64,000 nt of DNA from Lama guanicoe (lineage: Eukaryota), in assembly GCA_013239625.1 (NCBI GenBank), contig MU053094.1:3842-67841 (forward strand), in the 5' to 3' direction. Positions 24,301 through 39,300 of the stretch are shown here, one piece after another (position 1 is the first letter of the stretch; each line of letters opens with the position of its first letter). A program made the position numbers and the translations under genes. A model generated the notes under the pieces. It did no database searches. It saw only the letters and a list, made by a program, of their open reading frames with translations, and was not told the DNA's origin.

Positions 24301-27300
24301 GAACACGTCTTCGTCTCTGTGTTGGCACAGGGGAAACAGAGTCCATGCATCTTTATTGGGGCACAGTTTTTCCCAGGTAGATGTAGTTTCAACACCTTCA
24401 CTGCCCATAGAGAGGCACTGGATTTTACTTGGTATCAGAGCCCAACCCCCACCTTCGCTCAAATCCCGGCCTAGGAGAACACTCAAGGAAGTCAAGCTAA
24501 GGAATTCTATTAGATCCCTGGTGCTGCTGTTAGTTGGAGGAGCCTCCCCACACTCAGGAAACCAGAACACTTTTTCGTACGTGTGCTGGAGGTGTGGAAA
24601 CAGAGTCCACGCATTTTCCCTGGGGCACAGGTATTCCTAGGTCGGAGGATGTAGGATAAACACCTCCACATCCCACAAATAGGCACTCGCTAATACTTCA
24701 TTTTAGAGCCCAACCTCCAATTTACCCCGACCTCCTGGCAGGGCAAGCCATTAGGGAAAACAAGCTAAGGGATTGTATTGAACCCAGGTGCTGTTGTCAC
24801 ATGGAGGAACTTCCCAACACTCAGGACTCCGGAGACACTCTTGTGTGTGGGGGAGGTTTGCAGCCCCAATGCATGCAGATGAATGGTGACACAGGTGTTC
24901 CCCAGTAGGGGAGTTCCCTAAGTACTTCCTCAGTCAATCGGATGGCACAAGAAGCTACTTGGCCTCCAAGCCCAACCCCCAGATTTCCCTCACAGACCAG
25001 CCTAGGGGAACACTTAGGGAATACAAGCTGAGTTAATCTATTAGAAAGCAGGAGCTGCTATCAGTTGGAGGATATTCCAAACACTCAGAATGCCGGATCC
25101 CAGCCTTGGTTTGAGGGAGGTGTGGAGACCCAGTGAACACAGATGAATGGGGGCACAGGTGTTCCAATTTAAGAGGAAATCCTCTAAGTACTTTCTCAGA
25201 AAATCGGGAGGGACTCAAGCTACTTGGACTTCAAGCCCAACCAAGAATTTCCCCAAATGACCAACCTAGGCATGCCATCAGGGAAGACAAGCTAAGGGAT
25301 TCTATTAGAACCAAGGTTCTGCTGTCATTTAGAGGAGCCTCCCCACAATCAGGATAACTGAGCACGTCTCCATGTGTGTGCTGGAGGTGGCGAAACACAG
25401 TCCAGGCATCTTTATGGGGGCACAGGTGTTCCAAGGTTGGGGATGTAGTTTAACACCTCCACTAACCATAGAGAGGTACTCGCAAATACTTGGTTTTGGA
25501 GCCCAAATCACACAGTCCCCCGCACTCCCGCCTAGGCATACCATCAGGGAAGACAAGCAAAGGGATTCAATTAGAACACACGCGCTGCTCTCAGTTGGAG
25601 GAACTTCCCTGCACTCAGGATTCTGGAACACATTCTTGTGTGTGGGGGAGTAGTGCAGCCCCACTCCACCCAGATGAATGGGGCAAATGTGTTCCCTTTA
25701 GGGAGAAGTCCTCTAAGTACTTCCTCAGTTGATCAGGGGGCACACACTGCTTCTTGGCCTCCAACTTCCCCTCACATCCCAGAGCAGGGAAACACTCGTA
25801 TTACAAGCTAAGGGATTCTATTAGAATCCAGGTGCTGCTGTCATTTTGAGGAGCCCCCCCACACTAAGGATACTGAAAGTCTCCGTGTGAGCTCTGGAGC
25901 TGCGAAAGATATTCCACACATCTTTATGGGGGCACAGGGGTTCCAAAGTTGGGGATTTGGTTTAAACATCTCCACTGCCCACACAGGGGCCCTCGCTAAT
26001 GCTTGTCTTTAGAGACCAACCCCCACATTTGCTCACATTCCGGCCGAGGTAAATACTCAAGCAAGTCAAGCTAAAGGATTATATTAGACCCCAAGTGCTG
26101 CTGTCATTTGGAGGAAATTCCCCACATTCAGAATAGAAGAAAACTTCCTCATTTGTGTGCTGGATGTGGGGAAACAGAGACAAGGCACCTTTCAGGTGGC
26201 ACATGTATTCCCAAGTTGCTGGTAGTAGGCAAAATTTCTCAACTTCCCATGTAGATGCATTGGCTAATACTTGGTATTAGAGCCAAAACCCCACATTCCC
26301 CTGCACTCCAGCCTAGGAAAATCATCAGGGAAGGAAAGTTAAGGGATTCAATTAGAACACAAGCACTGTTGACAGTTGGAGGAAATTCCCCACACTCAGG
26401 AATCCAGAACCCAACATTGTGTGGCAAGGAGATGTGGAGCCACAATCCAAGTATATGAATGGGCTCACATTTGTTCCCCATTAGGAAGAAGTCCTCTAAA
26501 TAATTCCACATTCCTTCAGGGGGCAGTTGCTGCAACTTGGCCTCCAAGCCAAACTCCCAGATTTCCCTCTCTGCCCGGCCTAGGAAACACTGAAGGAATA
26601 CAAGCTAAGGGATTCTATTAGAACCCAGGCGCTGCTGTCATTTGGAGGAGCCTCCCCACAATTAGGATACCTGAGCACGTCTCCATTTGTGTGCTGGTGG
26701 GGGGAATCAGAGTCCACGCATCTTTATGGGGGCAAAGGTGTCCCAAGTTTGGGGAAGTAGATTAAAACCCTCCAGTGCCCGTAGAGATGCACACGCTAAT
26801 ACCTGGATTTAGAGCCTATCTCCCACCATTGCTCACTGTTAGGCCTTGGAAAACACTTAGGGAAGACAAGCTAAGAGATTGTATTACAACCAAGGTATTG
26901 CTGTAAGTTGGGGGAACCTCCCAACACTCAGAACACAAGAACAATACATCGTGTGTGTGCTGGATGTAGGGAAACAGAGTCAATGCATCTTTCAGAGGGC
27001 ACAGTTATAACATGATTGTGGGTTGTAGGTTAAACACCCACATCCCATGCATAGGCTGTCGAAAATACTTGGTTTAGAGAACAATACCAACTTACCCCCG
27101 CACACAGGTCTTGGCAAGCCATCACGGAAGACAAGATAAGGTATTGTATTAGAACCCAGGTGCTGTTGTGAGCTCGAGGAACCTACCCACACTCAAGACA
27201 TCTGAACCCTGTATCGTGTGAGTGTTTGTGGTCGGGAAACCGAGTCCACGTATTTTTCAAGGAGCACACGTATTCCCAAGTTGTGGGTTTTTGGTTAATA

Positions 27301-30300
27301 ACCTCCACATCCCATGGAGAAGCACTCGCTAATACTTGGGTTTAGAGCACAATCCCCACTTTCCCCTGCACTCTGTATCAGGCAACCAAACAGGGAAGAC
27401 AAATTAAGTGATTTTATTAGAACCCAGGCCCTGCTGTCATTTGGAGGAGGCTGCCCACTCTCAGGATAACTGTGCAAGTGTTCGTGTGTGTGCTGGAGGT
27501 CTGGAAACAGACTCCACGGATATTTATGGGGGCACAGGTGTTCCCAGGTTAGGGATGTAGTGTAAACACCTCCACTAACCATAGAGAGTTATTTGCAAAT
27601 ACTTGGTTTTGGAGCCCAAACCACACATTCCCCCGCACTCCCGCCTAGGCATACCATCAGGGAAGACAAGCAAAGGGATTCAATTAGAACCCAGGCGCTG
27701 CTGTCAGTTGGAGGAACTTCCCTGCACTCAAGATTCTGGAACACATTCTTGTGTGTTGGGGAGTTGTGCAGCCCCACTCCACCCAGATGAATGGGGCAAA
27801 GATGTTCCCTTTAGGGAGAAGTCCTCTAAGTACTTCCTCAATCGATCAGGGGTCAATCACTGCTTCTTTTTCTCCAAGCACAACCCCCAGCTTTCCCTCA
27901 CATCCCGGACCAGGGAAACACTCATATTACCAGCAAAGGGATTCTATTAGAACCCAGGCGCTGCTGTCATTTTGAGGAGCCCCCCCCCACTCTAAGGATA
28001 CTGAAAGTCTCCGTGTGAGCTCTGGAGCTGCGAAAGATATTCCATGCAACTTTATGGGGGCACAGGTGTTCCAAAGTTGGGGATTTGGTTTAAACACCTC
28101 CACTGCCCACAAAGGGGCCCTCGCTAATGCTTGTCTTTAGAGATCAACCCCCACATTCGCTCACATTCTGGCCGAGGTTAACACTCAAGCAAGTCAAGCT
28201 AAAGGATTATTTTAGACCGCAGGTGCTGCTGTCATTTGGAGGAAATTCCCCAAATTCAGGATAGAAGAACACTTCCTCGTTTGTGTGCTGGAGGTGGGGA
28301 AACAGAGTCAAGGCATCTTTCAGGTGGCACATGTATTCCCACGTTGCTGGTTGTAGGTAAAATTTCTCAACTTCCCCTGTAGATGCATTGGCTAATACTT
28401 GGTATTACAGCCGAAACCCCACATTCCCCTGCACTCCAGCCTAGGGAAACCATCATGGAATGCAAGTTAATGGATTCAAGTAGAACACAATCGCTGCTGA
28501 CAGTTGGAGGAACTTCCCCAAACTCAGGAATCCAGAACCAAACCTTGTGTGGCGAGGAGATGTGGAGCCACAATCCAAGTATATGTATGGGCTCACATTT
28601 GTTCCCCATTAGGGGGAATTCCTCTAAATATTTCCACATTCTTTCGGGGGGCAGTTGCTGCAACTTGGCCTCCAAGCCAAACACCCAGATTTCCCTCTCA
28701 GCCCAGCCAAGAAACACTGAAGGAATACAAGCTAAGGGATTCTATTAGAACCCAGGAGCTGCTGTGATCTCGAGGAACTTCCCCACACTAAAGACATCTG
28801 AACACTATATCGTGTGCGTGCTTGTGGTGGGGAAACCGAGTCCACGCATTTTTTAAGGAGCACACGTATTCCCAGGTTGTGGGTTTTTGGTTAATAACCC
28901 ACTTCCCATGGAGAAGCACTCGCTAATACTTGGTTTTACAGCACAACCCTCACTTTCCCCTGCACTCCATAAATAAGCAACCAAAAAGGGAAGACAAGTT
29001 AAGCGATTTTATTAGAACCCAGGCCCTGCTGTCAGTTGGAGGAGGCTGCCCACTCTCAGGATAACTGTGCAAATTTTCCTCTGTGTGCTGGTCTTCTGGA
29101 AACAGACTCCACGGATCTTTATGGGGGCACAGGTGTTCCCAGGTTAGGGATGCAGTTTCAACACCTCCACTAACCATAGAGAGTTACTCGCAATTACTTG
29201 GTTTAGGAGCCCAAACCACACTTTCCCCCGCACTCCCGCCTAGGCATACCATCAGGGAAGACAAGCAAAGGGATTCAATTAGAACCCAGGCACTGCTGTC
29301 AGTTGGAGAAACTTCCACACACTCAGGATTCCGGGACACATTCTTGTGTGCGGGGGATTTGTGCAGCCCCACTCCACCCAGATCAATGGGGCAAAGGTGT
29401 TCCTTTTAGGGAGAAGTCTCTAAGTATTTCCTCAATCGTTCAGGGGGCACTCAATGCTACTTGGCCTCCAAGCCCAACACCCAGCTTTCCCTCACATCCT
29501 GGAGGAGGGAAACACTCGTATTATAAGCTAAGGTATTCTATTAGAACCCAGGTGCTGCTGTCATTTTTAGGAGCCCCCCTCACTAAGGATATCTGAAAGT
29601 GTTCGTGTGTGTTCTGGAGCTGGGAAAGATATTTCACGCATCACTGTGGGTGCAAAGTGTTCAAAAGGTGGGGATTTGTTTTAAACACCTTCAATGCCCA
29701 TTGAGCAGCACTCGCAAATCCTTGTCTTTAGAGCCCAACCCCCACATTGGCTCACAGCACGGCCTAGGTAAACACTCAAGGAATCCAAGCTGACGGATTC
29801 TATTAGACCCCAGGTGCTGCTGTCATTTGGAGGAAACTCCCCACAATCAGGATAGAAGAACACTTCCTCGTTTGTGTGCTGGAGGTGGGGAAACAGAGAC
29901 CAGGCATCTTTCAAGTGGCACATGTATTCCCACGTTGCTGATTGTAGGTACATTTTCTCAACTTCCCATGTAGATGCATTGGATAATACTTGGTATTAGA
30001 GCCGAATCCCCACATTCCTCTGCACTCCAGCTTAGGCAAAAAATCATGGAAGGCTAGTTAAGGGATTCAAGTAGAACACAAGCGCTGATGACAGCTGGAG
30101 GATCTTCCCCACACTCAGGATTCCGGAACACAACCTTGTGTGGCGGGGAGATGTGGAGCCACAGTCCAAGTTGATGAATGGGGCCACACTTGTTCCCCAT
30201 TAGGGAAAAGTCCTCTAAATACTTCCACATTCCATTGGGGGGCAGTTGCTGCATCTTGGCTTCCAAGACAGACTCTCAGCTTTCCCTCTCAGACCATTCC

Positions 30301-33300
30301 CGGCCTAGGAAAACACTCAAGAAATAAAAGCTAAGGGATTCTTTTAGAACCCATGAGTTGCTGTCATTTGGAGGAGCCTCCCCACAATCAGGATAACTGA
30401 GCACGTCTCCGTGTGTGTGCTGGAGGTGGGGAAACAGATTCCACGCATCTTTATGGGGCACAGGTGTTCCAAGGTTGGGGAAGTAGTTTAAAAACCTCCA
30501 CCAGCCCACAGAGTTGCATTCGCTAATTCATGGCTTTAGAGCTCATCCCCCACCATTGCTCAGTGCTAGGCCTAGGAACATACTTAGGGAAGTCAAGCTA
30601 AGAGATTCAATTAGAACCCAGGTGCTGCTGTCAGTTGGAGGAACTCCCCCATACTCAGAACATCAGAACACTAATTCGTGTGTGTACTGGATGTAGGGAA
30701 ACAGAGTCAAAGACTCTTTCAGGGGGCACAGTTATTCCATGGTTGGGGGTTATTGGATAAACACTCACATCCAATGGATTGGCTCTCGCTAATACTTGGT
30801 TTAAAGTCCAATCCCAACTTACCCCCGCACACCGGCCTTGGCAAGCCATCACGGAATACATGTTAAAGTATTGTATTAGAACCCAGGTGCTGCTGTTAGT
30901 TTGAGGAACCGCCCCACACTCAAGACATCTGAACCCTATATCGTGTGGGTGCTGGTGATGGGGAAACCATACCACTCATTTTTCAAGGAGCACACGTATT
31001 CCCAGGTTGTGGGTTTTTGGTTAATAACCTCCACTTCCCATGGAGAAGCACTCGCTAATACTTGGTTTTACAGCACAACCCTCACTTTCCCCCGCACTCC
31101 GTATCAGGCAACCAAACAGGGAAGACAAGTTAAGCGATTTTATTAGAACCCAGGCCCTGCTGTCAGTTGGAGGAGGCTGCCCACTCTCAGGATAACTGTG
31201 CAAATTTTCCTCTGTGTGCTGGTCTTCTGGAAACAGACTCCACGGATTTTTACGGGGGCACAGGTGTTCCCAGGTTAGGGAAGTAGTATAAACACCTCCA
31301 CTAACCATAGAGAGTTACTCGCAAATACTTGGTTTAGGAGCCCAAACCACACTTTCCCCCGCACTCCCGCCTAGGCATACCATCAGGGAAGACAAGCAAA
31401 GGGATTCAATTAGAACACAGGCACTGCTGTCAGTTGGAGGAACTTCCCTTCACTCAGGATTCCGGAACACATTCTTGTGTGTTGGGGAGTTGTGCAGCCC
31501 CACTCCACCCAGATGAATGGGGCAAAGGAGTTCCCTTTAGGGAGAAGTCCTCTAAGTAGTTCCTCAATCGATCAGGGGGCACCCACTGCTTCTTGACCTC
31601 CAAGCACAACCCCCAGCTTTCCCTCACATCCCGGACCAGGGAAACACTTGTATTATAAGCTAAGAATTCTTTTAGAACCCAGGCACTGCTCTCATTTTGA
31701 GGAGACCCCCACACTAAGGATACTGAAATTCTTCGTGTGTGCTCTGGAGCTGCGAAAGATATTCCACACATCTTTATGGGGTCACAGATGTTCCAAAGTT
31801 GGGGATTTGTTTTAAACACCTCCACTGCCCACAAATGGGCCATCGCTAATGCTTGTCTTTAGAGACCAACCCCCACATTCGCTCACTTTCTGGCCTAGGT
31901 AAACACTCAAGCAAGTAAAGCTAAAGGATTATATTAGACCCCAAGTGCTGCTGTCATTTGGAGGAAATTCCCCAAATTCAGGATAGAAGAACACTTCCCC
32001 GTTTGTGTGCAGGATTTGGGGAAACAGAGTCAAGGCATCTTTTAGGTGGCACATGCATTCCCAAATTGCTCGTTGTAGGAAAAATTTTCTCAAATTCCCA
32101 TGTAGATGCAATGGATAATACTTGTTATTAGAGCCAAAACCACACATTCCCCTGCACTCCAGCCTAGGAAAACCATCATGGAATGCAAGTTAAGGGATTC
32201 AATTAGAACACAATCGCTGCTGACATTTGGAGGGACTCCCCCAAACTCAGGAATCCAGAACCCACCTTGTGTGGTGAGGATATGTGGAGCCACAATCCAA
32301 GAATAGGAATGGGCTCACATTTGTTCCCCATTAGGGAGAAGTCCTCTAAATAATTCCACATTCCTTCAGGGGGCAGTAGCTGCTACTTGGCCTCCATGAC
32401 CAACCCCCTGATTTCCCTCATGGCCCGGCATAAGGAAACACTCAGGGAACACATGCTAAAGGATTCTAAGAGAAACCAGGTGCTGCTGTGATTTGGAGTA
32501 CCTCCCCATGCTCAGGATTCCAGAAAACTTCTTGGTGTGGGTGCTTTTGGTGGACAGAGTCCACACGTATTTCAGGGGCACAGGTATTCCCTTTTTGAGG
32601 GTTGTGGATTAAATACCTCCACTTCCCATGGAGAGGCATTCACTAATACTGGGGTTTAGAGCTCAAATTCCACTTTGAACTGCACTCCGGCTTATGCAAT
32701 CCATCAGGGAAGAGAAGCTTTATGATTCTACTAGAAAACTGGCACCGCTGTCAGCTGGAGGATCTTTCCCACTCTCAGGATTCAGGAAGTCAGGCTTGTG
32801 GGGTGGGGAGAAATTTGTATCCCAAATCCACGTAGTTGGATGTGGGCACAGGTGTTCCCCTTTAGGGAGAATACATCTAAATACATCCCCAGTCCATCTA
32901 GGGGCACTCGCTACTATTTGGCCACAAAGCCCAACCCCCAGCTATCCCTCAAGGCACGGCAAAGGAGAACACTCAAGGAAGTCAAGCTAAGGAATTCTTT
33001 TAGATCCCTGGTGCTGCTGTTAGTTGGAGGAGCCTCCCCACACTCAGGAAACCAGAACACTTCCTTGCACGTGAGATTGAGGTTTGGAAACCAAGTCCAC
33101 GCATTTTTTTTTTTTGGCACAGGTATTCCTAGGTTGGAGGATGTAGTTAAAACAGCTCCACATCCCAAGGATAGGCACTCGCTAATACTTCGTTTTAGAG
33201 CCCAACCTCCAATTTCCTCTGCACTTCTGGCAGGGCAAGCCATCAGGGAATACAAGCAAAGGGATTGTATTGAACCCAGGTGCTGCTGTCACTTGGAGGA

Positions 33301-36300
33301 ACTTCCCAACACTCAGGACACCAGAGACACTCTTGTGGGGGGGAGTTGTGCAGCCCCAATCCACGCAGATGAATGGTAACACAGGTGTTCCACGGTGGGG
33401 GAGTTCCCTAAGTACTTCTTCAGTCAATTGGTTGTCACAAGCTGCTACTTGGCCTCCAAGCCCAAACCCCAGGTTTCCCTCGCAGCCTGACCAATGGAAA
33501 CACTCAGGGAATACAAGCTGAATTATCTATTTAAATGCAGGCACTGCAGTCATTTGGAGGAACTTCCACACACTCAGGATTCCGGATCCCAGCCATTGTG
33601 TGGGGGAGATGTGGAGACCGAGTCCATGTAGGTGATGGGCGCACAGGTGTTCCACCTTAGAGTGAAATCCTCTAAGTACTTCCTCAGTAAATCGGGGTCA
33701 CTCATTGCTACTTGGGCTTCAAGCCAAACCCCCACTTTCTCCCACTCTCTAGCCTAGGCATGCCATCAGGGAAGAGAAGCTAAGGGATTCTGTTAGAACC
33801 CAGGCAATGCTGTCAGCTGGAGGAACTTCCCAACACTCAGGACACCGGAGACTCTCTTGTGTGTGGGGTAGTTGTGCAGCCCCAATCCACGCAGATGAAT
33901 GGTGACACAGGTGTTCCACGGTAGGGGAGTTCCCTAAGTACTTCCTCAGTCAATTGGTTGTCACAAGCTGCTACTTGTCCTCTAAGCCCAACCCCCAGCT
34001 TTCCCTCACAGCCTGACCTAGGGAAACACTCAGGGAATACAAGCTGTATTTTTCTATTAGAACGCAGGCGTGCAGTCAGTTGGAGGAACTTCCACACACT
34101 CAGGATTCCGGATCCTAGCCTTGTGTGTGAGGAAGATGTGGAGACCCAGTCCATGCAGGTGAATGGGCACACAGGTGTTCCACTTTAGGGTGAAATCCTC
34201 TAAATACTTCCTCAGTAAATCGGGGTCACTCATTGCTACTTGGACATCAAGCCAAACCCCCACTATCCCCCACTCTCCAGCCTAGGCATGCCATCAGGGA
34301 AGACAAGTTAAGGGATTCTGTTAGAACCAAGGCACTGCTGTGAGTTGGAAGAAACTCTCCACACTCAAGATACCTGAGCAAGTCTTTGTATGTGTGCTGG
34401 TGCTTTGGATACATAGTCCACGCAACTCTATGGGGTCACAGGTGTTCCCAGTGAAGGAATGTACTTTAAACACCTCCACTGCCCATAGAGAGTCACTAGT
34501 TATTACTTGTGTTTAGAGTCCAACCCCCTCCTTCTCTCACAGCCCGTCCATGGTACACACTCAGGGAAGTCAACCTAAGGGATCTTATTAGATCCCAGAT
34601 GCTGCTGTCAGTTGGAGGTGCCTCCCCACACTCAGGATACCAGAACACTTCTTCATGTCTGTGCTGGAGGTGGGGAAAGACTGTCCAGGCATATTTCAAG
34701 GAGCACAGGTATTCCCAGGTTGTGGGTTTTTGGTAAATAACCTCCACTTCCAATGGAGAAGCACCCGCTAATACTTGGTTTTAGAGCCCAAACCCCACTT
34801 TCCCCCGCACTCTGTATCAGGCAGCCAAACAGGGAAGACAAGTTAAATGATTATATTAGAACCCAGGCCCTGCTGTCAGTTGGAGGAGGCTGCCCACTCT
34901 CAGGATAACTGTGCAAGTGTTCGTGTGTGTACTAGAGGTCTGGAAACTGACTCCACGGATCTTTATGGGGGCACAGGTGTTCCCAGGTTAGGGATATAGT
35001 TTAAAAACCTCCACTAACCAGAGAGAGGTACTCGCAAATTCTTGGATTTGGAGCACAAACCACACTTTCCCCGCACTCCCACCTAGACATACCATCAGGG
35101 AAGACAAGCAAAGGGATTCAATTAGAACCCAGGCGCTGCTGTTATTTGGAGGAACTTCCCTGCACCCAGGATTCCGGAACACATTCTTGTGTGTGGGGGA
35201 GTTTTGCAGCCCCACTCCACCCAGATGAATGTGGGCAAAAGTGTTCCCTTTAGGGAGAAGCCCTCTAAGTACTTCCTCAATCGATCAGGGGGCACTCACT
35301 GCTACTTGGACTCCAAGCCCAACACCCAGCTTTCCCTCACATCCCAGACCAGGGAAACACTCTTATTACAAGCTAAGAGCTTCTATTAGAACCCAGGCAC
35401 TGCTCTCATTTTGAGGAGCCCCCACACACTAAGGATATCTGTAAGTCTTCGTGTGTGTTCTGAAGCTGGGAAAGATATTCCACGAAATTTTATGGGGGCA
35501 AAGGTCTTCCAAAGTTGGGGATTTGGTTTAAACACCTCCACTGCCCATAGAGGGGCACTCGCTAATTCTTGTCTTTAGAGCCCAACCTCCACATTCGCTC
35601 ACAGCCTGGCCTAGGTAAACACTCAAGGAAGTCAAGCTAATGGATTCTCTTGGACCCCAGGTGCTGCTGTCATTTGGAGGAATCTCCCCACATTCAGGAT
35701 AGAAGAACACTTCCTCTTTTGTGTGCTGGAGGTGGGGAAACAGAGTCCAGGCTTCTGTCCGTTGGCACATGTATTCCCACGTTGCTGGTTGTAGGTAAAT
35801 TTTCTCAACTTCCCATTTAGATGCATTGGCTAATAATTTGGATTAGAGCCGAAACCACACATTCCCCTGCACTCCAGCCTAGGAAAACCATCAGGGAAGG
35901 CAAGTTAAGGTATTCAAGTAAAACACAAGCACTGGTGACAGTTGGAGGAACTTCCCCACACTCAGGATTCCGGAACCCAAACTTGTGTGGCGGGGAGATG
36001 TGGAGCCATAATCCAAGTAGATGAATGGGGTTACACTTGTTCCCCATTAGGGAGAAGTCCTCTAAATTCTTCCACATTCCATCGGGGGGCAGTTGCTGTT
36101 ACTTGGCCTCCAAGCCAAACTCCCAGATTTCCCTCTCAGCCCGGCATAGGGAAACACTCAAGGAATACAAGCTAAGGGATTCTACTAGAACCCAGGCTCT
36201 GCTGTCATTTGGAGGAGCCTCACACAATCAGGATACCTGAGCACGTCTCTGTGTGTGTGCTGGGGGTGGGGAAACAGAGTCCATGCATCTTTATGGGGGC

Positions 36301-39300
36301 ACAGGTGTTCCAAGTTTGGGGAAGTAGTTTAAAACCCTCCACTGCCCACAGAGAAGCACTCGTTAAGACTTGGATTTAAAGCCCATCCCCCACCATCTCT
36401 CACTGCTAGGCCTAGGAAAACAATTAAGGAAGTCAAGCTAAGGGATTCTATTAGAACCCAGGTGCTGCTGTCAGTTGGATGAACCTCCCCACAGTCAGAA
36501 CACCAGAACATTTCCTCGTGTGTGTGCTGGAGGAGGGAAACAGAGTCCATGCATCTTTATGGGGGCACAGGTGTTCCCAGGTTGGGGATAAACTTTAACC
36601 ACCTCCATTGCCAAAAAATAGGAACTCACTAATACTTGGTTTTAGAGCACAACCCCCAACTTCGCTCATACCAGGCCAAGGATAATACTCAGGGAAGTAA
36701 ACATAATGAATCCAATTAGATCGCAGATGCTACTGTCAGTTGCAGGAGCCTCCCCACACTCAGGATACCAGAAAACTTCGTGTGTGTTCTGGAGGTGGGG
36801 TAACAAAGCACACGCATTTTTCAGGGGGCACAGTTATTCCCAGGTTGTGGGTTGTACTTTAAACATCTCCACTTCCCATGGAGAGGCACAGGCTGATACT
36901 TGGTTTTAGAGCCCAAATCCAACTTTCAACCACACGCTTCCCTAGGCAAACCATCAGGGAAGACAAGCAAATGGATTCTATTTAACCCAAGACGCTGATG
37001 TTACTTGGAAGAACTACCCCACCCTCAGGATTCTGGAACGCAACCTTGTGTGTTGAGGAGTTGTGGAGCCTCACTCCACGCAGAAGAATGGGTGCTCAGG
37101 TGTTTCCATTTAGGGAGAATTCCTCTAAGAACTTCCTCTGTCCATCGGGGGTACCCACTGCTAATTTGCCTCCAAGCCCAACCCCCAGATTTCCCTCATG
37201 ACCCGACCTAAAGAATACTCAGTGAACACAAGCTAAGGGAGCCTAGTGGAACCCAGGTGCAGCTGTCATTTGGAGTAGCCTCCCCATTTTCAGGATTCCA
37301 GAAATCTTTTTCGTGTGTGTGCTCTTATTGGAGAAACAGAGTCCACGCATATTTCAGGGGGCACAGGTATTCCCTTGTTGTGGTTTGTTGGTTAAATACC
37401 TCCACTTCCCATGGAGAGGCACTCACTAATACTTGGATTTAGAGCCCAAATCCCACTTTGAACCTCACTCCATCTTATCCAATCCATCAGGGAAGAGAAG
37501 CTTAAGGACTATACTAGAACTCTGGCACTGCTGTGGTTGGAGGAACTTTCACACTCTCAGGATTCCGGAAGCCAGTCTTGTTGGGGGGGATTTGTTTATC
37601 CCCTCTCATTGTAGTTGGATGTGGGCACAGGTGTTACACCTTTGGGATAATTTTTCTAAATACTTCCTAAGTCCATCGGGGGGCACTTGCTACTATTTGG
37701 CCTCAAACCCCAACCACAAGATTTCCCTCAGAGCCAGGCCTAGGGAAACAATCAGGGATTACAAACTAAGGGATTCTTTTAGACCCAGTTGTTGCAGTCA
37801 CTTGAAAGTGCCGGCCCACACTCAAGATACCTGAACATGTATTCATGTGTGTTGGAAGTGGGGAAACAGAGTCCTCGCATATTTCTGGGGGAACAATTTT
37901 TCCCAGGTTGATGATGTACTTTAAACACCGTCACTGCAAATAGAGAGGCACTGACTATTACTTGGCTTAAGAGCCCAACCCCCACCTTTGCTCAAAGCCC
38001 AGAAGAGAACAGCACTCAAGGAAGTCAAGCTAAGCAATTCTATAAGATCCCTGGTGCTGCTGTTAGTTGGAGGAGCCTCCCCACACTCAAGAAACCAGAA
38101 CAATTCTTCACACATGTGCTGGAGGTGTGGAAACAGAGTCCACACATTTTTCTTGGGGCACAGGTATTCCTAGGTTGGAGGATGTAGGTAAAACACCTCC
38201 ACAGCACATGGATAGGCACTCGCTAATACTTCATTTTAGAGCCCAACCTCCAATTTCCCCCGCACTCATGGCAGGGCAAGCCATCAGTGAATTCAAGCTA
38301 AGGGATTGTGTTGAACCCAGGTGCTGCTGTCACTTGGAGGAACTTCCCAACACTCAGGACTCTGGATACACTCCTGTGTGTGTTTGAGTTTTGCAGCCCC
38401 AATCCACGCAGATGAATGGTGACACAGGTGTTCCCAGATAGTGGAGTTCCCTAAGTAATTTCTCAGTAAATCTGTTGGCACAAGTTGCTACTTGGACTTC
38501 AAACTCAAACCCCAGATTTCGCTCGCAGCCCAGCCTAGGGAAACACATAGGGAAAATAATCTGAGTTATTCTATTAGAATGCAGGAGCTGCTGTCAGTTG
38601 GAGGAACTTACACATATTCAGGATTCTGGATCCCAGCCTTGTGTGGGAAAGTTGTGGAGCTCCAGTCCACGCAGATGAATGGGGGCACAAGTTTTCCAAT
38701 TTAGGGTGAAATCCTCTAAGTACTTCCTCAGTTAATCGGGGGGCACTCGTTGCTACTTGGACTTCAAGCCCAACCCCCACTTTCCCTCACACTCCAGCCT
38801 AGGCATGCAATCAGGGAAGACAAGCCACGGGTTTCTATTAGAACACAGAGGCTGCCGTAAGTTGGAGGGGTCTCCCCACTCTCAGGAAACCAGAACACTT
38901 CTTCGCACGTGTGCTGGAGGTGTGGAAACAGAGTCCACTCATTTTCTTTGGGGCAGAGCTATTCATAGATTGGAGGATGTAGGTTAAACACTTCCACATC
39001 CTGTGGATAGGCACTCGCTATTATTTCGATTTAGAGTGCAACCTCCAAATTTCCCTGCACTCCTGACCGGGCAAGCCATCAGGGAAAACAAGCTAAAGGA
39101 TTGTATTAAACCCAGGTGCTGCTGTCATTTGGAGGAGCCTCCCAACACTCTGGACTACGGAGACACTCTAGTGTGTGTGGGAGGTGTGCAGTCCCAATCC
39201 ATGCAGATAAATGGTGACACAGGTGTTCCTCGGTAGGGGAGTTCTCTAAGTAATTCCTCAGTCAATATATTGGCATAAGCTGCTTCTTGGCCTCCAAGGA

